From contig NC_068982.1 of assembly GCF_001194135.2 (NCBI RefSeq), positions 164,794,600-164,836,700 of the forward strand: a DNA stretch of 42,101 nt, written 5' to 3'. This stretch comes from Octopus bimaculoides. Taxonomy: Eukaryota. The notes under the pieces are model-generated. The model searched no databases. It was given only the letters and a program-made list of their open reading frames with translations, and was not told where the DNA came from. Made by a program: the position numbers and the translations under genes. Each line of letters starts with the position of its first letter. The first letter of the stretch is position 1. Shown here one piece after another: positions 24,620 through 37,952 of this stretch.

Positions 24620-24975
24620 GCTGCCTTCGCTGAGAGTGGTTGTATAGAACTATAGCTGTTGCTGAGTTGCACTCATGGAGCGGCATACGCCTCTCAAAAC
24701 AGTTGCTTGGCTCATACGACATCCTCTAGAGTCCATAAAAAAATCCTAGCTTCAATCTAAGAGGAAAACAGCATTGTTTATGAACTACAAGAACAACAAA
24801 ATGCAACAGGTGAAAACAGCGGCTTTGTTGACTGCAAGAGATGCTATGGAGGTGTAGGAAAATGTACGCATCCCAACAGTGTTAAAGTGTCATGTCGTGG
24901 AGAGAACAAAGAAACTTAAGAACGAATGGGAGAATCTAAAGAAGAACATAAATAATAAGAAGAAGCAATCACCTA
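24620..24975 (+). pseudogene. Possible N-terminal fragment of an unclassified DNA-transposon protein
   Basis: LPSLRVV...TARDAMEV*ENVRIPTVLKCHVVERTKKLKNEWENLKKN resembles the LPSxRQV...W.KARIPT...HI.EK.KKL..EW..LKK segment of invertebrate transposon-derived ORFs. Confidence 0.4.
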
Positions 24976-25072
24976 CAATATATGAAAATTGAAAATGAAA
25001 TGTTTGACGCATTTTTTGCATCACCCTCATACACACACGCATACACACACACATATATATATTTACATATAC

Positions 25073-25125
<53 letters not shown>

Positions 25126-25499
25126 NNNNNNNNNNNNNNNNNNNNNNNNNNNNNNNNNNNNNNNNNNNNNNNNNNNNNNNNNNNNNNNNNNNNNNNNNNN
25201 NNNNNTAAAAGGAGCAAAAATATTGAAGAATCAGTATACTCCACATGGCAAAATTATGAGTTGGAAATATGTGGAAAACATATATAAGAAGTGGAAGAGA
25301 AATGCCTTCTTTTCACATAATTTAATATCGTTTTTATAAAAGATTTTTTTAATTATATGTACATATTTCATGGATGTCGTGATATCCAACCGGTTTTTGC
25401 TATTTAAATTAGCTTTTCAAGGGACATTGTGAAGTAATCTAACCATTTTGGATACTTGAAAAGTAAAAATGAGTCTAGAGAGTGGACAAAACATAGCAA

Positions 25500-26400
25500 T
25501 GACCGAGCATGAATTTTCTGTTATGCCAAGATCTTTGTAGAGAATATTCTCGATTGTCTCACGGGAAATTCTAATTGCATTCGCTGTTAGAATTATAGTC
25601 AATCGCCTGTCATCCATCGGTAAGAGGTGAACGCGATGAATGTCTTCCTCGGTGGTGGCTGTTGCACGACGTCCAGACATTGGGTTATATTCAAAACTCT
25701 CCCTTCTCCTCCTAAATTCAGCTGCCCTCTTTTGCACTGCTGATAAAGCTGGAGCGTCATCCACTAATGGAGCAACCATTTAAGAATGAATGTCCATGAG
25801 GGCTAAACCTTTATTCTTGAGGTTCTTAGTAACGCTACGATACCAAATTTTGTCCATCTTTAGAGAAACTGCTACTAGTTACTTTTGAAGTATTTTTGAT
25901 CAGTCAGATGTCAGTTTTTGTTTGTTGGCACTCCGCCGCTTACGACGTCGAGGGTTCTAGTTGATCCGATCAACGGAACAGCCTGCTAGTGAAATTAACG
26001 TGCAAGTGGCTGAGCACTCCACAGACACGTGTACCCTTAACGTAGTTCTCGGGGATATTCAGCATGACACAGTGTGACAAGGCCGACCCTTTGAATTACA
26101 GGCACAACAGAAACAGGAAGTAAGAGTGAGAGAAAGTTGTGATGAAAGAGTACAGCAGGGTTCGCCACCATCCCCTGCCGGAGCCTCGTGGAGCTTTAGG
26201 TGTTTTCGCTCAATAAACACTCACAACGCCCGGTCTGGGAATCGAAACCGCGATCTTATGACCGCGAGTCCGCTGCCCTAACCACTGGGCCATTGTGGCT
26301 CCACCAGATGTCAGTTAGCTAGAAAGAAACAATGCTATTATTAATAAGAAATGTTGAAATTAATGCAGGTAAGATTTCACAGCGTCAGCCTCACTCTATA
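25500..26400 (-). mobile_element. Mariner fossil (5' UTR + N-terminal transposase), interrupted by a SINE
   Basis: ATG at 25857: MDKIWYRSVTKNLKNKGL...DIHS*MVAPLVDDAPALSAVQKRAAEFRRRRES...SGR.ATATTEEDI...DDRRLT. The 5' UTR aligns with 33100-33230. Boundaries are approximate. Confidence 0.85.
25917..26304 (-). mobile_element. Intact-looking tRNA-derived SINE with 12 bp target-site duplication
   Basis: A box TGGCCCAGTGG (26282-26292), B box GGTTTCGATTCC (26238-26249) and CAAA-type tail. TSD cagatgtcagtt at 25905-25916 and 26305-26316. Confidence 0.92.
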
Positions 26401-27513
26401 ATCAGTCTATGTGCTTTCAGCCATTCGAGTTTGACAAGTAGCCTGTATTGCTAAGCGTTTTATATGTGCGAAACCAATGGTCAATCTGTGAAAGGCCATA
26501 ACTTCTAACTTCCTAAAAAGATATATTATTGCTCTAATGCTTTAAAGCGTGCTTTTTTTTCCAGATATATAACCTAATGACAACACACACGCATACACAC
26601 ATACACACATACACATATGTATGTATGTTTACACACACATATGCACGCACACACATATATATTGTAATTACTTAAATTTCATCTTAGATATTCTAATAAA
26701 CACTGTGTTCTGTTAAAATATTTATTGTAAAATAATGTTGCTGAAAATACACTATACACAAATTAATCTTGGTGTTAATTTAAGGACATGATCCCCATTA
26801 TACTTATTCGAGGAACAACCTGCTGCAACTGTCTTGCAGATTTCGTTGGAGAATAAGATCATGAAGCCGTTGCCTCATCCTACCTATACGTTACAAGATA
26901 TCGCATTGCGCTGTTGCCATTTTCATCTTTCAGGTCATTATTCAACTAGATTTGTCGCGGGAATATCGTTACAAACTTCCTTGTTCTAACACACAGAGAT
27001 TTGATTGCAAATTTCCGCATATTTATATACCGTCCATATGATCCCATGTTAATTATATACATGATATATCAAAGACAGCACAATGGAGCAGTGGGGGTAA
27101 ATGCATCTGTTTTATCCGCTGCAGCTTTGTAATATTGTCGAATGATTCCGTTAATTTATGTGCAGTGATAAAAACATTTCCTCAAATTCTGCTGTAAGTT
27201 GCAGTGTGACTCTTCTATGTGTATGTTTTTTGTGCATGTTTTATATCAAACTTTATAACAAATACTCATAAGTTTATTAGACTGCTTCACAACGATGCAT
27301 TCATTATTGAATCGCAAAACACATACATACATATATGTGTGTGTGTGTTAGCATACATATACGTATATGTATGTATATATATATAAATNNNNNNNNNNNN
27401 NNNNNNNNNNNNNNNNNNNNNNNNNNNNNNNNNNNNNNNNNNNNNNNNNNNNNNNNNNNNNNNNNNNNNNNNNNNNNNNNNNNNNNNNNNNNNNNNNNNN
27501 NNNNNNNNNNNNN

Positions 27514-27553
<40 letters not shown>

Positions 27554-29389
27554 GTATGTATACCTATATGTGTGTGTATATAAGAACATATATATGCGCG
27601 TGTGTGTATGTATGTGTGTATATTCATAAACGCACATACGTCCATATACACACATGACAAGAATGGTCCAGTGTAACAACCACTTAATGACAGCAAAAAA
27701 ATTACAATAGTAAGAGTAATGTAAAACTTCAAATATATATTCATGTTTATAATTTCTTTTCCGTTTTGTGAATTTATAAACATAAACAAAGAAAGTTGAG
27801 GATTATTAAGTAAGAGACTTAATAAAGTAGATTATTCATAGACAAAAACCCAAGAGATCAAAATTCGTATTGTATATTGATCTAAATTCTATTCATAATA
27901 GACACAGACATTTAGTCTTTGTGTTATTGATACTTTTGCGTTGGGGTTTTCTTTGTAACGAATCATTTCCATTGAAAGTATTCTGTCGTTGTTGTTTTTT
28001 GTTTCTTCTCTCTACCCTGGCGAAACATGAAAATAACATTTGCGAAGAATCTCAGTCAACCCAAGATTAGTGCAATGTTTTTAATTAATTATAAAAGAAC
28101 AATAACATTTTGATGTTTTTAATGATGTTACAAGACAATATGTTTATGAGAGAGTTGGGGTTACGTGTAGTATTAGAAAATAAAACAGAAAAGAAAAGGG
28201 GAATAAAAGTCGATGAGTTAAATACTTCTGATAGGGAAAAAAAAATCTCATTGACAAAAGCTAACTATATAAGAGTATAAATTAAAGGGAAACTCGGGAC
28301 TAAAATGCAAAAAGAGATATAGACAAGGAGAAATTATGTATATGATAATATATACATTGTTTCTATATAAATATGTATCTGTGTGCGTATGTATATACAT
28401 ACAAACATACATATATATGTATGTATGTCTATGTACATGTTTCTGTAAAAAGAGGGTAATATTTTCTTCCACTTAAAGGTGTAAGGACGAAAAGAACATA
28501 TAGAACCACAAATATTACACAACAGTGTGTAATTTGAACCCACACGAAATGATAACAAAGCAGCCATACATTATTTGCTACAAACGTCGAATTTGTTATG
28601 ATATTTCGCAAATTGGAGACCATTACACAGTACAACATATGTAAGTGGTGTATAGTAATGTAAAATTGACAGTGATGACTTGAGTTATGTAAAGTGACCA
28701 GACGACGCATCCATTTAAAGACAATGGCAACAGGTATGATAATCTACATTTAAAAGAATTTCTACGTGCGACCATTACCAACATAATCAAACAAGAATAC
28801 TACTACTTCATCAACAACAATAATAATAATAACAACAGTAGTAATAACAATAACAGCAACAATAATATTGACAGGCAAGAAAGGAAAGAGGCATATGTTT
28901 ACAAAACGCAGAAAACGATATTAGTACTGCGATATTGGGTTTGAAAATCTATGTTGTATATCATGAAGAAAGAACAATATTTAAGGCTAGAAATACCCAA
29001 AACGTTATTGAAACAGTGGAAGAATTCAAGAAAAAAAGTAAAGGAAGCACAACAAAACATATAGAAGGCAAGAAAATGAAATATATCTTCAATTCGTGCT
29101 GCAAACCGAAGATGTAGGGAGTATAGGGAGTTGGTTGTGGTTGACAGAAGAACATCTAGGACAGAATATTGACAAAAGACAGAAGGGGTCTTACATAGAA
29201 AATTTGTAAGCAATTGAAACATCAATAATGAACAATGGATTTTAACAATAAAATACGCTAACAGGGGTTAAACACCACTCAGTAGCAACTAAGGAGACCC
29301 ACAGACACCGAATACTTTAACTCATCTGCAGTACCATGGCAACTACTCCTCTCTCCTCCTTACTTCTCAGTCTATATGCATCACTTTAT

Positions 29390-30860
29390 AGTAGGTCCAC
29401 TCACTTGGACCATCCACACAGCATTCACCCACCTTTCAACTAGTTAAATGATAGGGTGCATCCCTCTCAACCTTCCTTTTAAATGTAATTTTCGAAGGAG
29501 TCGATGAGGGCTTGGCCAAATAGGAAAGTGTTTGTCTTCAGTCCTTTTAGTATTATCCACCGCACTTCCTCTTTCGCCATAACCACCAGATAAAAGAAAA
29601 TTGCGTTCTTTTTTCAATCAAAGGAAGGCATGGGGCGATCTTCACAGTAGTGTGGGAGGTGGTTGGAATCGTTCTGCATGTAAGAGCAGCTGCTCGAACT
29701 AAATCCACAAGTCAACATTGTTCGAGCACTACTGGACGGTTTCACCACCCTGTTCACATCTCGGGAAAACGCGGCTGACAGCACCACCATGTCTGTACAA
29801 TTTATCCCATATCGGCAATGTCTCCAACCCCGCCAACACTGTCAAATCAGAGATTTCTGGAAATTAACGATGGACCCCGGCCTGAACTTTGTCTTGAACA
29901 GATCATCCAGTTGATTTTCATTGAAGTCTAGCATTTCCGTGAGAACGTCGTAGCTCTTACCCAGGTGGGAGTGAAAGCGCATCATTTTGGTCTGCATGCA
30001 GTGAAGCTAGATACGACGGCCAGGCGGTAGTAGGTGACGGATGTGATGTAGGCATTCGTCAATTCTGCTCGAACCTTAAGAAATACTGCCCTCTCATCCC
30101 ATTTCTGTGTAAGGCTAACATCCTGTTCATCACTTTTTCCTAGATTTTGTACATCTGGAGATCCAGAGAAAAGTAAAGCCCGAGTAATTTAACAGGTCTG
30201 CCCCGTGCTTAACGACGCAATTGAACGATATTGACCTACATTTCTAGGTGCATAACTGGAGGTTTACAGACTTGTGGTTATTTATGCCCATGTTAGTGCC
30301 TCGTATCCCTTTAGTATCGTGCCGGTCACCTTGAAGTATTTTCTATCCGACACTATTACGGTGACGTTGTTCAGTTATGCAAACACGATTCTTCAGGATC
30401 CTATTTGTTGCGAGATGCTCCTCGAAGAGTTAGCACGTGCAAAAGTAGAAAGAGGAGACACATAGACGGGCCGTTCACATGATAAGGAATAATTCCTACA
30501 ACTGGTCAATTACTCTTGCCACCGAACCAACATTGCAGTGATCCTCTGAAGACAGTGCCGAAACCAGCCGCCTTCAGGACAGCCGTCAGTATGGACCCTG
30601 TCAAGCTTTTGACTAATCTAGACCGATCAATGCCCCACCCATGCCATATACTTTACCCACCATTTCCATGATGTATTGCATGAAGTGGAGTTTGTTATCG
30701 AGAAATCTGTCTGGTATGGCGCAAGTCTGTGTCCTACTCGCCGGTCTATCGACGTCAATCTAACATCTTCGTCAAAACCTTTAATACTCCAATTAACAGT
30801 CATTGGTCTGAAGCTATTAAAATCGGCATTCACTGATACTATATTCCATTTGGGGACAAT
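29390..30860 (-). pseudogene. L1-clade Tx1-like LINE ORF2 fragment (RT + C-terminal zinc knuckle), 5'-truncated
   Basis: SFRPMT, LD*SKA.DRV, degenerate YADD region (VFA*LNNVTVIVSD), PVKLLG, TQKWDER..LKVRAELTNAYITSVTYYRL, GPGSIVNFQKSL, LPIWDKLYRHG...PRCEQ..ETV. Many stops and frameshifts. Confidence 0.85.
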
Positions 30861-32090
30861 GGAAGAACTTAAGGCAGTTGCATTCAATGTCATTATGCGC
30901 AAATAAGTAATAGCATAAAATTATAAGTGGTGATTTAAACTCTTCTATCCTCACATATTTATTTAGGCCCGAGTCACCGATGATAACGCTGAGACATGAC
31001 CAGTGGTATTCTGACGTGATTTACTTTATGACGCAGTCTAATGTATTTTGCTTAATTGTTAAGACGGTGGGGTGATTTTGTTTTAAATATTTGGCCAACA
31101 TTTCTGGCAGGCTGAACAGCCACTTATTAATTAGTGCCCTCAGTTTATGTACTGGAATAGGTTTTACTTTCAATGTTGTGTCATGTGTGAGTGTAGCAAA
31201 TAATGATAGAAACATCAATATACATACAATTTAAAGTTTTGTCCAATATGAATGGTTTTATCTTTATCGTTACCACCAGCACCATCCTAGTCACCGTCAT
31301 CATCATAATCAACATGCTAATAATTATTGTGCTATTCAAAATCCTTATTATTCTCACTAGTGATAGTAAATTGAAGAGACTGTTCCTTTATTCATATATC
31401 GATAACGATTTTCTTCACCACAAACCCCAACACATTCAGCTATTCAGGATCGATCTAGTATTATTTTCAACACCAATCATATTGAATCCTCGAAATCGTG
31501 ACAATTCACATGTAAATTTTGCAGAAGAGATGTATGTATATTATGTATAATTTACATAATTAGATATGTCACTAATGGATAATATTCGGAATGTTTTATT
31601 TCATTTCAATGACTGCTGTAAATGAATATTTGACATCAATGAAACTAAGCGCTATATTTTGATGCTAAATCTTTAAAAATTCGATAAATAGTATTAAATA
31701 AAAGAAGTTAATCATCTGAGATAATATTTTACATCATGAAATTTGGAAATTTCAAAAGCAAGTAATCAACGAAATATTATGGAAAAGATTATTAAACCTG
31801 ATATATACAATTATCTTTAATTAGCATGAATTAGTTAAAAAGTTTAATAAATTAAGCCGAAGATGTATGATAATTACTGAAAATTCTATTCGACATTTTC
31901 TAACAGGATGAATTTTTTTCTAACTGGCAGAAACCGGAAGCCTTTTTTTTTTCCTATAGTGGCTATCTTGTCAAATATGACATAAAATTTGTTATAGTCT
32001 ATGATTTTGGCAAAAATTATATTAATGAGAATTTGTCTACAGAAACTGAGTCCACAAATACACAAATACAGACATTCACGCACGTATATA

Positions 32091-32149
<59 letters not shown>

Positions 32150-33063
32150 ATCGTTACTAGTGACGAAGGCAGTATTAGTTCGAATCAATATTCTGTATCC
32201 CATATGTAACGCAGGTATACCGGTAAAATCCTAAAAACCGCCTTATTCTTCCCGGGAAATCAAACATCTCATATAGTTGTGTATAGTTATAGCAGAGGAA
32301 TATATGAGTAGCAGGTCAAGAGCTTCTATATTCGGTGGTGGATTTGTTAAATACGTATTTCTACTTCTTTGCGGGTCATCAGTAGCAAGCATCCATTGAT
32401 TTTTATCATCATGCATTTATACAAGAACCTTTCTCAAGACAAACACTACGCTTTTCAGACTCCGAAGAGTATATCTGCATTACGCATGATATATAGAATG
32501 GTATTTTGAAATATGCGTCTAACACTAATAATGAATTTTTATTTTGCCTGTCGGCTAATTGCAACATGGTCGCTATTGTCAATCGCAGTTGTCTATATCA
32601 CTATATGATAAATTTCTCTTATCAAACGCCTAATGGTAGACGCTTGCTACAGAAGAGGCTCAATGAAGCAGAATTGCGTATTTAAGATTTTCACAACCAT
32701 CTCTAGAAGCTTTATATCTGCTACTGATGTATTTCTATGTTTTTAAAGATATACGTCTATACGGCAACTTTCAGGTTTTCAACGGTATTTGTTAAGTAAG
32801 ATATACAGAAGTATATATATGATATAGGTATGTTTGCATATATATATATATATANNNNNNNNNNNNNNNNNNNNNNNNNNNNNNNNNNNNNNNNNNNNNN
32901 NNNNNNNNNNNNNNNNNNNNNNNNNNNNNNNNNNNNNNNNNNNNNNNNNNNNNNNNNNNNNNNNNNNNNNNNNNNNNNNNNNNTATGTATATATATATAT
33001 ATATATATATACGTATGTACTTACATACCTATATATTTAAATATATATACACTCACACACACA

Positions 33064-34212
33064 CAAAAGTGAGCTAAAGATTTCATAGCTTCCCTATGAA
33101 GGAGGCATGCGAGATCTTCAACATTTTGCATGCATTGATTTCAACTCTTATCAATAATTGCACTATCTGTTTTTTTCTAGGTAAACTGATACCTGACCGT
33201 TGTAAGAAGTAACAAGTTGCGAGTTCTCTTGGAAATTTGCAATCTTCCGATGTTATCAAATACCTGCAGAAAAAGTGTTTAAGTCCCAACAACTTTCATG
33301 CTGACATGGTTGCTACATTATAGGATGACGCTCCAACTTCATCAACAGTGCAGAAGGGGGCAGCTGGATTCAAGAGAGGAAGAGAGTCTTGAAGATGACC
33401 GAAGGTCTGGAAAACAGTGATCGTGTTCACCACGTGGTGATGGATTATAGGCGATTGACTATAAATCAGAGCCAATGCTATTAGCATATTCCGTGAAAAA
33501 TTTGATAATATTTGATAGTAGAAGCTCGGTGACTGCCACGTCTTCTGACAGCTGGTCAAAAGTGCACAAGGCTGATCACATCACAGGAAAATCTGACATT
33601 TTCTGAGGCAGATATGTTTGGTTTCCTTGCCGCAGGATGAGTTTTGGTTGCATCACCTTCAGCTAGAAACAAAGAAACATCCATGTAATGGAAACACCTT
33701 TTCTCATCTGCCACAAAGTCCAATGCCCTTCTATCTGCAAGGAAGGTGATGGCCTCAGTTGTTTGAGATACGCAAGGGAGATTACTATGTCAACTTGCTG
33801 AGGCAGTTACTAAAGGCTATCAAGACCAATCGTCCAGATTAACTGAGGAAAGTGTCTTGTTTCATCAGTACTCAAGGTCTTGGTTTCAGTAGCTGCTGTC
33901 TGTGACTGTGAATTTTAACTGGTTGATCACTTCCTCTTCTCCCGGTTTGGTCCCATTTGACTATCATATGTTCTCCAACGTGAAAAACAAATTGCCTGTA
34001 TCGTAGTGATGATGACGTTGTAGCGACTGGACTGTCGATAATTCTTTTTACCAACAGGATTGAAGATTATTCACCGATTAGATCCAAGCACTGAAAAACC
34101 AGTGAAAGAAGTGTATGGACAGCAAAGGGGACAGTGTTGAAAAATAGACATTATTTGGTCACATTCCATGAGGTATCTTTATTAACCTATGAAATTTTCA
34201 GCTGACACTCGC
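33064..34212 (+). mobile_element. Mariner (DD34D-type) fossil with both TIRs
   Basis: VIKYLQKK.LSP...HADMVATL*DDAP...VQK.AA.FKRGRES; ARKVMASV; SPGLVPFDYHMFSNVKK. TIRs gtgagctaaagatttcatag (~33069-33088) and ctatgaaattttcagctgacac (~34187-34208). Confidence 0.9.
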
Positions 34213-34248
34213 ATACATATGAAAATATATATATAATACACACACACA

Positions 34249-34279
<31 letters not shown>

Positions 34280-37211
34280 GCATACACGCTAGTATGTACT
34301 CACCATGTATTCAATTTATATTATACCTGATATTTCGTGCTATCTTCGTTTATTTCAACATTGCTATTTCAGTTAGATATTTGATTTTAATTGGCGACAT
34401 TATAACCAATTTCACGAACAACCACATTAGCAATAATATCTTTATTTTCAATGTATCACTGTCATTGCTATTATACTTGTAAGAATTATGTCAATGTTGC
34501 TGTTTTAATAGTGTCTTCGTCAGTCTATTCTTTTTGGTCATCATCGTTATGATATCATCCCTATTATCATCATCATCATCATCAAAATTGACATCATCGT
34601 CGTTGTCGCTGTCTTTATCGCCATTGTTATATTCCATTCTAAATCAATTATATTGACTGCGACCGTCGGGAGTAGCTCAAGATGTGTTCACTAAATTATA
34701 CGAGTTCCTGTAAAATTTCACAATAATAGAAATATGTTCATCCGGCGCACTTTCCTTATTATCAATGTAGATTTATGAAATATACAGCTTTCTTGACGCC
34801 CATCTTCTTTCCCGAAGTTTCAATGCGATAGTAATTCGAAAAGTTTCCGCATTCATTTTGTTGAAGGGAAACAATAATCAGAAGTTTCAGAACATTTAAT
34901 GAAATTGCCCTATTTTGAAAGCAAAACTGTTTGAATAAAAAAATGGTAAGAAGAAAGTCTACTTCAACATTCAATACCACAGAGTAGATGATGAGGATAT
35001 TTATATTGTTTGTAACGTGTGTCTCGATGTTCCTGCAAGAGTGTCCAGTTATGGATATTCGACGAAGCAGTTTCCATGGAGCAGTAGCAACAACAAGACA
35101 TAGAGGCCATGGGGTTTGTAGCATAAAAGTTATAAATCATGGGATTTATAGCTTTATGTGAATCTTATCAAAGTCTATCACTTCGCAACCAAACTATTAC
35201 TTACTGTGCTTTTATGCAGACATCGTATACTCAATCTTATTATACAGACGTACTCTAAGAAACTTGAACCTTATAAATATGGATGAAAATATACCAGGAA
35301 ATAAATATCACTGCAATTAGTTTGCTCTTAGTGAAACCTAAAACCATATGTGAATGTTTACTTAATAGACGTACACTTTTATTATGAACTGAAGAGACCT
35401 GGGCTTCTAAATGACATTCCATATCGACAAACAAACCAAACATTTTATCGAGGTTGCTATCGTCTCAGTTATGTACTTTGTATTTCCACATCTTCACAAT
35501 AACCAGTAATTGTCTACACACTCCTATCTCATCTGGAGTAATTCAAATAAGTAACATTATCAACTAGCAAATAATTATATAGTATACACACTTTAGAAAG
35601 CAAATAACATCGCTTCTCTGGATTAAGTATCATTCCTTCTATAAAAACAATGTTTCTTTTTCTTACAAAGTTGTTGTATTATAGTTATTTTTATTTGATG
35701 TCTACAATTATAATAATTGCACCATTTGGTATTGATACATAATTGGAATTATTTAACCAGATCTATTAATTTTATACTGAATAGAAGCCTTACTTCAAAA
35801 ACATGAATCCGTAATATCTTTATCAGTTTTATATAACGGATATCCATTATTAATTTTATCTCTGTGTCCAAGCTCTCAATTCTCATCATATCATTATCAT
35901 TGTTATCATGAAATTTTTACTAAAGACTTCCAAGGAAGTAGTATACGTATACTTATTTGATAAACTGATGTCTAAGTTGTATCACTTTATGTATGTGGGA
36001 TATTATGTCTTTTGACAAAGTAAGTAAGCTGCCGCCATTATTAGGAATAAAGTAACAGAGGAAGAATAAAAGAAAGAGACAACCTTGATGTTTTCCGATA
36101 TCTTGTTAAAGATGGAGAGATTAAATAATATACGGGAGTATGAAGAAGATATACACACCGTATCAGTAAATACCTATAATATGTAGATTTAGTCACTCGA
36201 TTACACCTATACCATCATCACTTTTCCGTCAAGATTGTCTCTCTCCGCTTTACATTGGCGGAATTATTAATTTTTGGAATTTGATTAAGTGATTATATTT
36301 CAAATATCAATCATTTAAGATGAATATTTATACAACAAAAATTGAGAGAGTCAATTATTTGATAATTAATCAGAGAATTCCTTGAATGAATGCTTGGTTA
36401 TATCGAATCTGCATTCAAATGAATGAGTGATGTAGTAAGTTTTTCTTTCATTTTTCGACATTTCCTAGAGGCAATATCGATATAAGTAGCATGAAACTGT
36501 TCCAACATAAATCGAAACTATAGTGGTAATTGATTCAATGATTACATATCTTCAGTTGAAGGGCGTACCACGTTTCAAGTATACATTGGTTTGTTATAAT
36601 GTATTTGTATAATTGTGCAAATAATTATATACTATACACTCTTTAGAAAGCAAATAAAATCTTTCCTCTGGAATATAGCCAATTTTGCTTTCTGATTTTT
36701 CTTCACAACCTGATACTTAATATCAATATATAAATGTTCCTACGATGATTTATTAAATAGAGACCAGCATTGTTTCTCTGTTTGGGAAATATACACAAAA
36801 CAGCTGCATTTTGGTGTGCTGTGAAAGGGATTTGACACTAAAGGCTTTGGTGAAGTTTTTCAAAACGTAGTCTTTACACAGTAAACACTTGCAGCTATGA
36901 AACTATAGTCTGTGTCTGTATGTTTTGTTATTTGTTATATATTCCCTTCTGATTTGTGTCGACACAAACCATCCCTCACTAACCAATTTTAATGCGTGTT
37001 ATATTTCCCATGTATGGTGCAATGGTATATAATTGATTAACTTGACCCCAGGATTTTATAGGAATAGGTTTTCTATAGAACGAATGGATGGAAATACACT
37101 GGAAACAGACACATATATTTGCTACAGAACAAATCGTGAATCTTTTATTATGTGAATGAACTCATCCATGTTCATACGTGCTTCGAAGACATTATCTATC
37201 ATCGTTTCTTT

Positions 37212-37470
37212 TATACTATAAAATATATTAAATGTTTTTATAAGCGAACATCACGTTCTAATGCGTTAGCAGTGTACTTTTACACTATTTGTTAAGGTTA
37301 TTTCTACAAATATTTTCTAGATATTTCGTATAAGAGATTTAGACAATGACATCGAAGACGAATATGGATAATATGAGTACATGCCATATTTCAGGGGAAG
37401 GGGTTGCCCCTTCATTAGCACCTATCTAAACCGTTAATCATCCTCCAATACATTGGTTAAATAGCCACTA
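37212..37470 (-). repeat. Hammerhead-bearing repeat unit 1
   Basis: Aligns with 37545-37940 (aacatcacgttcta...gcagtg...ttatttctaca...ccatatttc...gccccttca...ttaatcatcctc), with an internal deletion. Confidence 0.85.
37371..37425 (-). ncRNA. Degenerate type I hammerhead ribozyme, copy 1
   Basis: ATAGGTG-CTAATGA-AGGGG(loop)CCCCT-GAAA-TATGGCATG-TA^CTCATAT. One core mismatch (CUGAUGA to CUAAUGA). A 5 bp stem II sits directly between the core halves. Confidence 0.65.
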
Positions 37471-37641
37471 TACAATTTACAATTAAACGCATTCCTGGAA
37501 GCTGGTACATAAATACTAATGATTTGTAGGTACGTGGTTTTGTATTATAAAGTACATTAAATATATTTAGAAATCAAACATCACGTTCTACTGTGTGAGC
37601 AGTGCGCTTTTACATTATTGGTTAAAGTTATTTCTACAGAT

Positions 37642-37737
37642 CTTAAATGGCTTATAGACACCTTCCACGCTGCAGTTGTTTTTGTTCCAGCACACGATCT
37701 CAGATCAGGTCACTTGCTATGCAAGTACATCTCCGTA
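37642..37737. mobile_element. 96 bp insertion with 12 bp TSD (atttctacagat at 37630-37641 and 37738-37749)
   Basis: Perfect flanking direct repeats; the insertion is absent from the inverted copy. Probably a truncated retroposon. Confidence 0.8.
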
Positions 37738-37848
37738 ATTTCTACAGATATACTATACAAATTATAGCCAGCACTGATACTTGCAACTGCGTTTTGTATA
37801 CGAGACGTCAAATGTAAACAAGCAATGCGATGGAGGATGAAAAGGATA

Positions 37849-37899
37849 ATAGGCGTAAATTCCATATTTCGAGGGTTTTGCCCCTTCATCAGGATCCAT
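37849..37899 (-). ncRNA. Degenerate type I hammerhead ribozyme, copy 2
   Basis: ATGGATC-CTGATGA-AGGGGCAAAACCCTC-GAAA-TATGGAATT-TA^CGCCTAT. Core CUGAUGA (37886-37892) and GAAA (37867-37870) are intact; stems I and III are damaged. Confidence 0.65.
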
Positions 37900-37952
37900 C
37901 TAACCCATTAATCATCCTCAAAGACATTGCTCTAATAGCCACAACGTATATA

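Larger units (their letters stand above)
37517..37945 (-). repeat. Hammerhead-bearing repeat unit 2 (contains a later insertion)
   Basis: Direct repeat of unit 1 and inverted repeat of 37953-38201. Confidence 0.85.

Noticed and set aside
26230-26304. tRNA gene-like A/B boxes
   Set aside because: They continue into a ~390 bp body with tail and TSD, so this is a SINE head rather than a tRNA gene.
32345-32385. Minus-strand CTGATGA...GAAATACGTATTT with a palindromic stem III-like segment
   Set aside because: No stem II or stem I pairing.
34940-35105. Open stretch KVYFNIQYHRVDDEDIYIVCNVCLDVP...
   Set aside because: No start codon, no clear splice sites and no recognised family; it cannot be supported without a search.
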